A stretch of 24,000 bases of DNA, taken from Pelotomaculum sp. PtaU1.Bin035 (GTDB lineage: Bacteria; Bacillota; Desulfotomaculia; Desulfotomaculales; Pelotomaculaceae). The stretch is from positions 1 to 24,000 of the forward strand of contig MVRN01000038.1 of the NCBI GenBank assembly GCA_002067965.1, read 5' to 3'. The position numbers and the translations under genes were made by a program. Positions 16,191 to 24,000 of the stretch are shown piece after piece (the first letter of the stretch is position 1; each line of letters begins with the position of its first letter). The notes under the pieces are model-generated. The model saw nothing but the letters and a program-made list of their open reading frames with translations, did no database searches and was not told the origin of the DNA.

Positions 16191-17325
16191 GTTTCAAGAT
16201 TTCCTCATAGACGGACATAACCTTTCGTCCTACTTCAGCCTCATCAAAATGCCGGCGCATCCGCTCCCGGCCCTCCCGCCCCATCCTCCGGCGAAGTCCG
16301 GGATCCAGCAGCAGTTCGCGCAGCGCTCCGCTCAATGTTTCACTATCCCCGGGAGATACAAGAAAACCTGTTACGCCGCCTTCAATCACCTCCCTGCATC
16401 CCCTTATATCAGTAGCTACGCAGGGTAAAGCCATTGCCTGGGCTTCGATCAGGGAGCGGGGCAACCCCTCCCGGTAAGAAGGAAGCACATATATATCCGC
16501 CACTGCCAGCAAATCGTTGATATCACCGCGCAACCCCAAGATCCTGATACGGTCCCGCAATCCGCAGCTATTAATTTGCTGGGCAACAGTGGACAAAAAA
16601 CCTTCGTCAGCGCCGATAAAAATTGCTTGCCAAGGTATATCCCCCACCATTTGCAGCGCATTCACCAAATCGTGATATCCTTTTTCCCGGTTGATGCGTC
16701 CGATCATGGCAATTACCGGTTCTGTTCCGCCGATAGCCAGGCTTTCTCTGATCAGGAGCTTATGCTTGGAGGAATACTTGTCAGGATCGAATTCCGCCAG
16801 GTCAACACCGTTTCCGATGTGAAACAAATTACCCTTGCGAGGCTTAATATTCATATTAAACGCGGTATTAATGTCCTCTTCGCTTTGGGAAAGCATAAAA
16901 TCCGTGATCCCGGCCATCCATCTTTCAATTTGCTCATAGACCCGGCGTTTAAGCTTAGGCATCCCGGCGTGGAAGGGAAATCCATGCACAGTGTGAATTA
17001 TGTTGGGAACGCCCGCAAGTCTCGCAGCCATCCTGCCCACCACCCCTGCCTTGGAAGTATGGGTGTGGACTATGTCCGGCCTCTCATTCCGGAAATAACG
17101 GAGCAATTCAAATATTGACCTTAAGTCCGGCCAGGGGTTAATCTTTCTGTCGATGTAAATCTCCTCTACGGGAAATCCTAGCTGGCGGAGCATTTCCCCC
17201 TCTGGCGAAGGGCTGAAAACAAACCCTACTTCCATACCCTTCTCACGGAAGTATTTGCATTGAGCCAGCAGTGCCCTGAAAGAGGTTATACCGATAGTGG
17301 TTACATGAATTACCCGGGGCCTCAT
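16156..17325 (-). CDS. Glycosyltransferase family 4
   Basis: HTHTSKAGVVGRMAAR...GRINREKGYHDLV...LPSYREGLPRSLIEAQAMALPCVATDIRGCREV. GAGGAAG upstream of the ATG at 17325. Confidence 0.94.
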   Translation of the reverse strand: MRPRVIHVTTIGITSFRALLAQCKYFREKGMEVGFVFSPSPEGEMLRQLGFPVEEIYIDRKINPWPDLRSIFELLRYFRNERPDIVHTHTSKAGVVGRMAARLAGVPNIIHTVHGFPFHAGMPKLKRRVYEQIERWMAGITDFMLSQSEEDINTAFNMNIKPRKGNLFHIGNGVDLAEFDPDKYSSKHKLLIRESLAIGGTEPVIAMIGRINREKGYHDLVNALQMVGDIPWQAIFIGADEGFLSTVAQQINSCGLRDRIRILGLRGDINDLLAVADIYVLPSYREGLPRSLIEAQAMALPCVATDIRGCREVIEGGVTGFLVSPGDSETLSGALRELLLDPGLRRRMGREGRERMRRHFDEAEVGRKVMSVYEEILKHEKNSYYNKQL

Positions 17326-17422
17326 AAAATATTCTTCCTCGCAAACCAATCGACTGTTAAGAATAATCTCTCATTAAAAATAATCTTTGGGTACATTCTA
17401 AATACTTAATAACTGAAATAAT

Positions 17423-18151
17423 TTACTTTTTAACTTCAGTCTTCTTTTTAACTTCCGCCTTTTTCTTAATAATTTTGGCTTTATCCGCGTAATAATAATG
17501 ATAATTCTCAATAACTTCATTCATCCTGGCACAATTTAGAGCAACACCAAGTATCCTTGCTCTGGCGTTGGTTAACATTTCTTTTGTTTTAATTATTGAA
17601 TCGTGGGAAGCAACCATTGACCTTACCACCATCAACACACCGTCCACCGCCTTGGACAAAACAGCGGCATCAGCCACAACTGCCGACGGAGGAGCGTCCA
17701 ACAAGATTACATCAGCCTTTTCTTTCAAATTTGCTATTAACCAGTTCATCTTGTGTCTGCCTAACAATTCAGTCGGGTTGGAGGGCGGCGGGCCCGCAGT
17801 TAAAATATTTAACCCGGCTATAGGAGAATTCTGAATTACCTGGTCCGGTTCTTTAAATTCTGACAAAATATTGGTCAAACCAAAATTATTATCCACGTTA
17901 AAAAATAAATGCTGCTGGGGTCTGCGCAGGTCACAGTCAACAACAATAACCTTTTGGCCGGCTTGCGCAAAAACAACACCCAAGTTGGCCGTCATAAAAG
18001 AAGTCCCTTCTCCAAACCCCCCCCCGGCCAGCAAGATCGCTTTTAATGAATCCCCCACCTCAAAAAACTGGAGGTTCGCCCGTAAAGTCCGAAAGGACTC
18101 TGTTAAGAAAGAACGGGGCTGGTTGTAAGTAACCAGTTCAAAACTGCTCAA
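17423..18151 (-). CDS. CpsD/CapB family BY-kinase homologue with atypical Walker A
   Basis: LLAGGGFGEGTSFMTANLGVVFAQAGQKVIVVDCDLRRPQQH (Walker A lysine replaced by Thr), ADVILLDAPPSAVVADAAVL, C-terminal YHYYY. Confidence 0.88.
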   Translation of the reverse strand: MSSFELVTYNQPRSFLTESFRTLRANLQFFEVGDSLKAILLAGGGFGEGTSFMTANLGVVFAQAGQKVIVVDCDLRRPQQHLFFNVDNNFGLTNILSEFKEPDQVIQNSPIAGLNILTAGPPPSNPTELLGRHKMNWLIANLKEKADVILLDAPPSAVVADAAVLSKAVDGVLMVVRSMVASHDSIIKTKEMLTNARARILGVALNCARMNEVIENYHYYYADKAKIIKKKAEVKKKTEVKK

Positions 18152-18153
18152 AC

Positions 18154-18843
18154 TTATACCCCCCTTCCGTCACCTGCTTGGAGAGTGGCCGCAGGTATCA
18201 TTCCCAGCACCGGCAGCTTCAGCAAGCTTTCTATTTCTTCCGGATACCTGATCGTATCGTCAAGGTATTCCCGGATAAAAATAATTGCCACAGTAATTAC
18301 AAGGCCGAGAATACCGGCAAGCAAAATATTCAATACAGCCTTGGGGCTAACCGGAGTGCCTGACGGCACAGCAGGATCAAGCACCTGAATATTCTTAACA
18401 TTCAAGACTTTGTACACTTTACCGGAGAGCGCCTGGGCCACCCCATTGGCAATCAATGCCGCCGCTGAAGGGTTGGAATCACTTGCCGTTATCTTTAGCA
18501 CTTCGGTGTCACCGGCCAAACCGACCTTAATTTTGCCGCTCAACTCTTCCGGGGTATAATTCAAACTATTACTGTTAATGACTTCTTCAGCGACAGAACG
18601 GCTTTTTGCCAGTTCACTGTAAGTCCTTACCAGCCTTTGATTCAACGTAAGCGTATTAATATTTATCTCGGAATAAGGAGTCATTTGGTCTCTTAACACA
18701 ATTAATGTCGTCGTTGACTCGTAAACAGGCGTCAATACGAATAAATTGATTATTGCGCTTGTTATCATCGCGACAACTGGCACCAAAACCAACACTAGTC
18801 TAAGTTCTCCCAATATCCTTCCGAGTTCCTTAAGCTTCATCAC
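18154..18843 (-). CDS. Wzz/YveK-type polysaccharide chain-length determinant
   Basis: Two TMs flanking VYESTTTLIVLRD...; PSGTPVSPKAVLNILLAGILGLVITVAIIFIREYLDDTIR. Confidence 0.92.
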   Translation of the reverse strand: MMKLKELGRILGELRLVLVLVPVVAMITSAIINLFVLTPVYESTTTLIVLRDQMTPYSEININTLTLNQRLVRTYSELAKSRSVAEEVINSNSLNYTPEELSGKIKVGLAGDTEVLKITASDSNPSAAALIANGVAQALSGKVYKVLNVKNIQVLDPAVPSGTPVSPKAVLNILLAGILGLVITVAIIFIREYLDDTIRYPEEIESLLKLPVLGMIPAATLQAGDGRGV

Positions 18844-18910
18844 CTTTCCCCCCTCAGATATGACAAAAATTTTTTCATCAAACTGCTAACGCGCCGGTCT
18901 ATAAGTTTTC

Positions 18911-19624
18911 TTAAGGCAGCATTTCTAAATTCTTTTTAATTACCCACCCCTTTTGCCCGGAGTTTAACTTTATATTAACCCACTCACCAATAGCGGAATT
19001 ATCTATGACTTCTACAATATCTCCTGTATTTAACGACGCGACAACCGTACCGTCCAAGCCTCCTTTGTCTCTGACATTAAGTGATGATACCAGTACCTTT
19101 GCTTTAAATTTTTGCCCCAAATCTTTTTTATTGGTTATATCTGTATCACTATTGTCTTCCTCCGCCTGCCGCTTCAGATCCATAATTTCTTCAAAGACAG
19201 GATCTCTGTATATGCCGTCACTACTTTTCTTTTTGAGGGAATCGTTAAGCTGGTCTTGTATTGTTGGCGCCGCCTTTTTATTATCCGGCATACTTTTTGA
19301 CCCTGGCGCGCTTTGTAATTTTTCAGAGCCGGCGGAGTTAGAAGCGCTTTTCTTTGCAGCTGTGTCCTGCTGCTTATTAACATCTTCCGCGGCTGGGGGA
19401 GACACCGGCATATATTGTATTTCTTCCTTGCCCGGCTTGGGTTTCATAAATATTAACAATACCATCATTGCAAGGGAACATAAGGTCAAGGTCAGCCACT
19501 TGCGTTTTGCCTTTTCTCCCGCCTCCATATAAGCTAAAGCGATAATAAGAAAAAGAGCGGTGAGAATGGCGCTTGCAATCAGTGTCCAAAACCATAATTT
19601 TGAAAATATTTCCCCCAATAACAT
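18911..19624 (-). CDS. Membrane-anchored SH3-domain protein
   Basis: Two N-terminal TMs, low-complexity linker, then a bacterial SH3 (LNVRDKGGLDGTVVASLNTGDIVEVIDNSAIGEWVNIKLNSGQKGWVIKKNLE). The start at 19624 is preferred to 19717. Confidence 0.8.
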   Translation of the reverse strand: MLLGEIFSKLWFWTLIASAILTALFLIIALAYMEAGEKAKRKWLTLTLCSLAMMVLLIFMKPKPGKEEIQYMPVSPPAAEDVNKQQDTAAKKSASNSAGSEKLQSAPGSKSMPDNKKAAPTIQDQLNDSLKKKSSDGIYRDPVFEEIMDLKRQAEEDNSDTDITNKKDLGQKFKAKVLVSSLNVRDKGGLDGTVVASLNTGDIVEVIDNSAIGEWVNIKLNSGQKGWVIKKNLEMLP

Positions 19625-19810
19625 GAATTGCAATCCCCATCCCTTACGGCAATTTCCATAACTACTCCAACCACTTCGTGTTATTTTATGTCGGGTGAAC
19701 CGGGCTTGTGATAGCAAAACACCCTAATAATTACGTTACTTGATGAATGTAACTTCTGATGTTAAAACTTCATATGATATTCCGGAGAATCCGCAAGATA
19801 TAGAATATGG

Positions 19811-20824
19811 GTGGGAAAGGAGGTCAAGAGCCCTATAGAAAAAAGAGCAGTATTGGTTGTCATGTTAATTAGTGTCATCATAGGAGCTTGTTTGCTTGAG
19901 GGCTGCAACCGCAAGCAAACCGCTATTTCACCTTCAGTGGCGGAAGATAAATTGGAGGGAAATAAAGAATACCCGGCGGATCGCCAGGCTGCCGCGGAAA
20001 AAATAGCTGACTATGCGCATCCCGAAGCCCTAATCAGTGTTTACGACTTAAATCAAAAAATTTACGATACCAGCATATTTACCATCGACACACGCGGTAG
20101 AAGCTACGAAGTTTTCCTGAAATCTTACCGGTACGGTCATATACCGGGGGCGTTACCCATATTGCACGAAAGTTATACCCACCCCAAATATACTGACAGG
20201 ATCGCTACACCGCCACAATTACAAGATGTCCTCGGGGGGCTGGGAATAAGCAATGAAAGCACCATAATACTTTATGGCAATGACGGCTTACAGGCGCGGC
20301 TGTATTGGGCCATCAAGATGTACGGCTATGATAATGTAAAAATTTTGGACGGCGGCTTGGATAAGTGGAAAGAGGCCGGCTTCGATATTACCCCCGCAAA
20401 CTCTGTCCGCCCGCCTGACACATTTGAATTCGATTTGGCGAAATCAAAAATGGAGTTGATTGCAACTCTAAATGAGGTAGAAGCCGCAATCGGCAACCGG
20501 AACTTTGTTATCGTGGATGCCCGGAGCAGGGACGAATATTTATATAAACATATACCGGGAAGCATAAACCTTTACTATGCGGAACTATTAAACAAAGACC
20601 TGACATTTAAGCCCGCCCCCGACTTGAAGGCCCTTGCTGAAAATAAAAAAATAACCCGGGACAAAAAAATAATAGTATACTGCGACTCCGGCGTCAGCTC
20701 TTCGCTGGTCTGGTTTGCCCTTTCTGAACTGCTGGGGTATCCAAATGTAAAGAACTATGACGGCTCCTTAAATGAATGGCTCAAGACGGGCCGTAAGGTC
20801 CAAAGTGGTGAACAGGGGGAGTGA
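19811..20824 (+). CDS. Two-domain rhodanese-like lipoprotein with the C-terminal catalytic Cys
   Basis: Lipobox-like GACLLEGC. Domain 1 FTIDTRG...GHIPGALPI...IILYGNDG; domain 2 VIVDARSRDEYLYKHIPGSI...IIVYCDSGVSSSLVW. The exact start codon is uncertain. Confidence 0.88.
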   Translation: MGKEVKSPIEKRAVLVVMLISVIIGACLLEGCNRKQTAISPSVAEDKLEGNKEYPADRQAAAEKIADYAHPEALISVYDLNQKIYDTSIFTIDTRGRSYEVFLKSYRYGHIPGALPILHESYTHPKYTDRIATPPQLQDVLGGLGISNESTIILYGNDGLQARLYWAIKMYGYDNVKILDGGLDKWKEAGFDITPANSVRPPDTFEFDLAKSKMELIATLNEVEAAIGNRNFVIVDARSRDEYLYKHIPGSINLYYAELLNKDLTFKPAPDLKALAENKKITRDKKIIVYCDSGVSSSLVWFALSELLGYPNVKNYDGSLNEWLKTGRKVQSGEQGE

Positions 20825-20869
20825 TTGCCTTACTTTTTTAATAAGACTTTTGAAAAATGAGGAGGTACT

Positions 20870-21883
20870 ATGAATAAAAAAAGTCTGGCTATTTTAATTT
20901 ACTGCTTGGCCACTATCTTTATTTTCGCTATCACCTTAACTGCCCTGGCAAGCTGCAAACGCCAGTATCGCAGTTCAAAACCCGCTGTGATACAGCCGAA
21001 GCAGAAGGATCCGGCCCAACTGGCTGCGGATAAAATTTCCGAATATAGCAATCCTGACGCCTTAATAAGTATTTATGAGTTAAATAAAATTAAAAGCGAC
21101 GCGAATCTATCAATTCTTGACACACGCGGAAGAAGTTTTCAGGTATTTTCATATTCTTACCCAGCGGGTCACCTCCCCGGCGCCATACCCATCCTGCATT
21201 CAGAGTATACTCACCCGGCCTACAATGACCGGCTGGCTGCTCCGGATCAGGTAAAAAAGGCACTGGGAGACAAAGGGATCAACAGCCAGAAAAAGATTGT
21301 TCTATATGGCAATGACGGCTTGCAGGCGCGTGTCTACTGGATATTAAAGGCTTATGGCTGCGACAACCCAATTCAAATACTGGACGGCGGGTTCGAAAAA
21401 TGGAAAGAAGCCGGCCTTGAGACAGCCGTAGCGCCGCCGGCAATCTTACCGGCCAATTTTGAATTTAACTATGCGAAAGCGGATACAAACATATATACAA
21501 ACCTGGAAGAAGTTGTGGACGCAATACTGAATTATACCCCAAATACCATTATTGTTGATACCCGTTCTAAAAATGAATATTTGGTCGGGCACATTCCCAC
21601 CAGCGTCAATATCAGTCTATTAGACACCCTGTATGAGGATAAGACTTTTAAGGCAATCCAGGAATTGAACGCTCTTATGGCGAGCAAAGGAGTCACTCCT
21701 GATAAAAAGGTGCTGGTTTATTCGAACAACGGTGTGGAATCTTCTCTGGTATGGTTTGTTTTACACGAACTGATGGGCTTTCCCAACGTCAAGAATTACG
21801 ACGGCGGTTTTTCCGAATGGTTTGAACGGGAATTGGCAGTTGAATATGGCGAACAACAACTAGTTGTAAAACCTGCGCAATAA
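20870..21883 (+). CDS. Two-domain rhodanese-like lipoprotein lacking the catalytic Cys
   Basis: Paralogue of the preceding gene with lipobox LASC. The active-loop position reads VYSNNGVESSLVW (Ser at 21722-21724). Confidence 0.88.
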   Translation: MNKKSLAILIYCLATIFIFAITLTALASCKRQYRSSKPAVIQPKQKDPAQLAADKISEYSNPDALISIYELNKIKSDANLSILDTRGRSFQVFSYSYPAGHLPGAIPILHSEYTHPAYNDRLAAPDQVKKALGDKGINSQKKIVLYGNDGLQARVYWILKAYGCDNPIQILDGGFEKWKEAGLETAVAPPAILPANFEFNYAKADTNIYTNLEEVVDAILNYTPNTIIVDTRSKNEYLVGHIPTSVNISLLDTLYEDKTFKAIQELNALMASKGVTPDKKVLVYSNNGVESSLVWFVLHELMGFPNVKNYDGGFSEWFERELAVEYGEQQLVVKPAQ

Positions 21884-21886
21884 AGA

Positions 21887-21924
21887 AAAATAAGGGAAAG
21901 AGGTTAATTACTTTCCCTTATTTT
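21887..21924 (+). terminator. Rho-independent terminator
   Basis: 14-bp perfect stem aaaataagggaaag (21887-21900) / ctttcccttatttt (21911-21924). Confidence 0.8.
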
Positions 21925-21956
21925 CATTTGTCTAATAAATCATTATGGGGGATTTT

Positions 21957-23333
21957 ATGCTATTTAACAGCTTTGAATTTATATTTATTTACCTGCCATT
22001 AACAATTTTTATTTTCTATTTCTGCATAAATAAAAAGCTCCGCCTTCCGGCCATATTATCCTTGGTTCTGATGTCACTAGTCTTCTATAGCTACTGGAAT
22101 TACCGGTATGCAATCTTAATAGTAATCAGCATTGCCCTGAACTATCTGACCGGACGTTTATTGCATGGGACTGGAAGAAAGGAAATTTTTATCGCGGGAG
22201 TCTCTTTTAATCTGTTATTGCTTGCGTATTATAAATACTGCAATTTCTTTATTGATAATATTAATAAAATATTCCAAACTAACATAAGCTCCTTAAATAT
22301 TGTTTTACCGCTGGCAATTTCTTTTTTTACTTTTACTCAAATAGCTTACATAGTTGATGTGTATAAAAACAGGAACATTAAATATGACCTGGCAAGCTAC
22401 AGTTTATTTGTGTTATTTTTTCCCCATCTAATTGCGGGCCCGATAGTTTACCACAAAGAAATCATCCCTCAGTTCAAAGATGAAAAAACTTTTAAGGTGA
22501 ACTACCTGAATATATCCGCCGGAATCCTGTTATTCTTTATCGGGCTGTTTAAGAAAGTAATTATAGCGGACTATTTTTCTCCTCATGCAGCTTTGGTCTT
22601 TGACCTGGCTGAGCACCCGACATTCATTGAGGCCTGGGCCGGCGCCCTTTCTTACACAATGCAAATTTACTTTGACTTTTCCGGCTATACAGACATGGCG
22701 TTAGGCTTGGCCTATATGTTTAATATCAAAATGCCGCGCAACTTTAACTCCCCCTATAAATCAAACAATATCATAGATTTCTGGCGCACGTGGCACATGA
22801 CCTTATCAAGATTCCTAAAAGATTATCTGTATATTCCTCTTGGCGGAAACAGGTCAGGTAAACTAAGGAAATATATTAATCTAATGATGACAATGCTATT
22901 AGGCGGTTTATGGCACGGGGCAGGATGGACTTTCGTAATATGGGGAGGTCTGCACGGTATTTACTTATGCGTCAACCACGCATTCAGAGCCGCAAAAATT
23001 GAGATAAACTGGTTTATAGCGAGAACTATCACATTTATTGCCGTGGTCGCGGCCTGGATATTCTTTAGGGCAAAAGACTTAAAAACAGCATTCAACATAT
23101 TAAAAGGCTGCGTTGGCTTTAACGGAATTGATTTTCATCCCGAATACGCGACAAAGGCTGAAGTTTTTTTTATAATACTGGCTCTGATCGCTGTTAACAC
23201 ACTGCCAAACTCCATACAACTGGCAAACAACATCAGGCCAAACATAAAATGGCTGGCCTTTACGCTCCTGATTGCCCTCGTTTCCCTGACAATGATTAAC
23301 AACCCCAGTGAATTTTTATATTTTCAATTTTGA
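21957..23333 (+). CDS. MBOAT family O-acyltransferase (AlgI/DltB-like)
   Basis: Multi-TM; VLPLAISFFTFTQIAYIVDVY, RTWHMTLSRFLKDYLYIPLGGNR, GGLWHGAGWTFVIWGGLHGI with the conserved His. Confidence 0.94.
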   Translation: MLFNSFEFIFIYLPLTIFIFYFCINKKLRLPAILSLVLMSLVFYSYWNYRYAILIVISIALNYLTGRLLHGTGRKEIFIAGVSFNLLLLAYYKYCNFFIDNINKIFQTNISSLNIVLPLAISFFTFTQIAYIVDVYKNRNIKYDLASYSLFVLFFPHLIAGPIVYHKEIIPQFKDEKTFKVNYLNISAGILLFFIGLFKKVIIADYFSPHAALVFDLAEHPTFIEAWAGALSYTMQIYFDFSGYTDMALGLAYMFNIKMPRNFNSPYKSNNIIDFWRTWHMTLSRFLKDYLYIPLGGNRSGKLRKYINLMMTMLLGGLWHGAGWTFVIWGGLHGIYLCVNHAFRAAKIEINWFIARTITFIAVVAAWIFFRAKDLKTAFNILKGCVGFNGIDFHPEYATKAEVFFIILALIAVNTLPNSIQLANNIRPNIKWLAFTLLIALVSLTMINNPSEFLYFQF

Positions 23334-23341
23334 GAGCAAGG

Positions 23342-24000
23342 GTGAGAAACTTGTCTTATAAATATTTTGTAAAACAATTCACGATAATTATTATCTTTTT
23401 TTTAATTTTTCATATAATTATTTATGGATTTACAAGGGAAGCCCTTTCGTTGCCGGATAAGTTTATAAAGAGATCGATATATACGGGCAGACATGAGCCG
23501 CTACAACATGTCGAAGTAACGGCATTCGGCGATTTGGCGCGACTTTCATATCTGTACCGGTTGGGGGTCCGCCGCGAAGTTGTTGACACCTCGGACGAAA
23601 AAGGTTTTTTAAATAAAAAATACGGTGAAAATTTAGTATATCCCGTTCTGACGGTTGGAGACTCCTTTATGCTTTGCAATGGTGATGACGGACGTTTTCC
23701 AATACTGTTGCAAAACCAATTAAATACCAACTGTTACAATGCGGCAGCCAATGGTGTCCAGGATCCTTTTTCTTTTTTACAGAGTGATCTGATAAAAAAT
23801 ACAAAAGTCCTGGTTTGGGAATCTGTTGAAAGGAATATCAGCAGCGATAGTTTTAATGTGGGAAAAATTGATTTTTATTATACGGAATCAAAGAAGAAAA
23901 ATGATTATGTGGAAAACTGGGACAGGAAAAAAACTTATCGCAAACAACTGGAAGTGGTGAACTCTTCTAATATCAAATTCCTGGTAAATAATCTATGGTA
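23342..24000 (+). CDS. AlgX/AlgJ-like SGNH-fold protein, partial at window end
   Basis: Frame open to the edge: N-terminal TM, then ...VYPVLTVGDSFMLCNGDDGRFPILLQNQLNTNCYNAAANGVQDPFSFLQ, with a GDSF motif. Start is GTG 23342 or TTG 23351. Not in the ORF track because it runs off the window. Confidence 0.8.
   Translation, partial: MRNLSYKYFVKQFTIIIIFFLIFHIIIYGFTREALSLPDKFIKRSIYTGRHEPLQHVEVTAFGDLARLSYLYRLGVRREVVDTSDEKGFLNKKYGENLVYPVLTVGDSFMLCNGDDGRFPILLQNQLNTNCYNAAANGVQDPFSFLQSDLIKNTKVLVWESVERNISSDSFNVGKIDFYYTESKKKNDYVENWDRKKTYRKQLEVVNSSNIKFLVNNLW

Noticed and set aside
19005-19532. Plus-strand 175-aa ORF MTSTISPVFNDATTVPSKPP...
   Set aside because: Antisense of the SH3 protein's repetitive linker. 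Its composition reflects the complement.

Overview
This 24 kb window has roughly 45-50% G+C and looks like a spore-forming Clostridia/Peptococcaceae-type chromosome; that is inferred from gene content and RBS style, not tested.

Layout:
(1) 1-1850 is a patch of decayed gene fragments: a zinc-ADH N-terminus, a sigma-70-family gene with an internal 145-bp inversion, an intact YtrA-like GntR regulator with its own promoter and palindrome, an ABC ATPase truncated at codon 29, and a frameshifted YcdB-like fragment.
(2) 1948-7863 (-) holds a two-component system and a MacAB-like efflux system (adaptor, ATPase, permease).
(3) 8086-9876 (+) holds a YedE-type transporter, a TusA-like protein and a small membrane-anchored protein.
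(4) 10087-10914 holds a small YjcZ-like gene missing from the ORF track and an AT-rich DEDDh exonuclease gene.
(5) 10943-19624 (-) is an exopolysaccharide locus: SH3 protein, Wzz/YveK, CpsD-like BY-kinase, two GT4 enzymes, a methyltransferase, YdcF, a FemAB-like protein, a priming sugar transferase and an epimerase.
(6) 19811-24000 (+) holds two tandem rhodanese-like lipoproteins, an MBOAT acyltransferase and a partial AlgX-like SGNH protein.

Most notable observations: the microinversion that, when reverted in silico, restores an in-frame ORF; a BY-kinase homologue lacking the Walker A lysine and carrying a G9 tract; a rhodanese lipoprotein pair in which the second copy has Ser for the catalytic Cys; and the unannotated 38-aa YjcZ-like gene. 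I found no clear evidence of a wholly new defence or mobile system.
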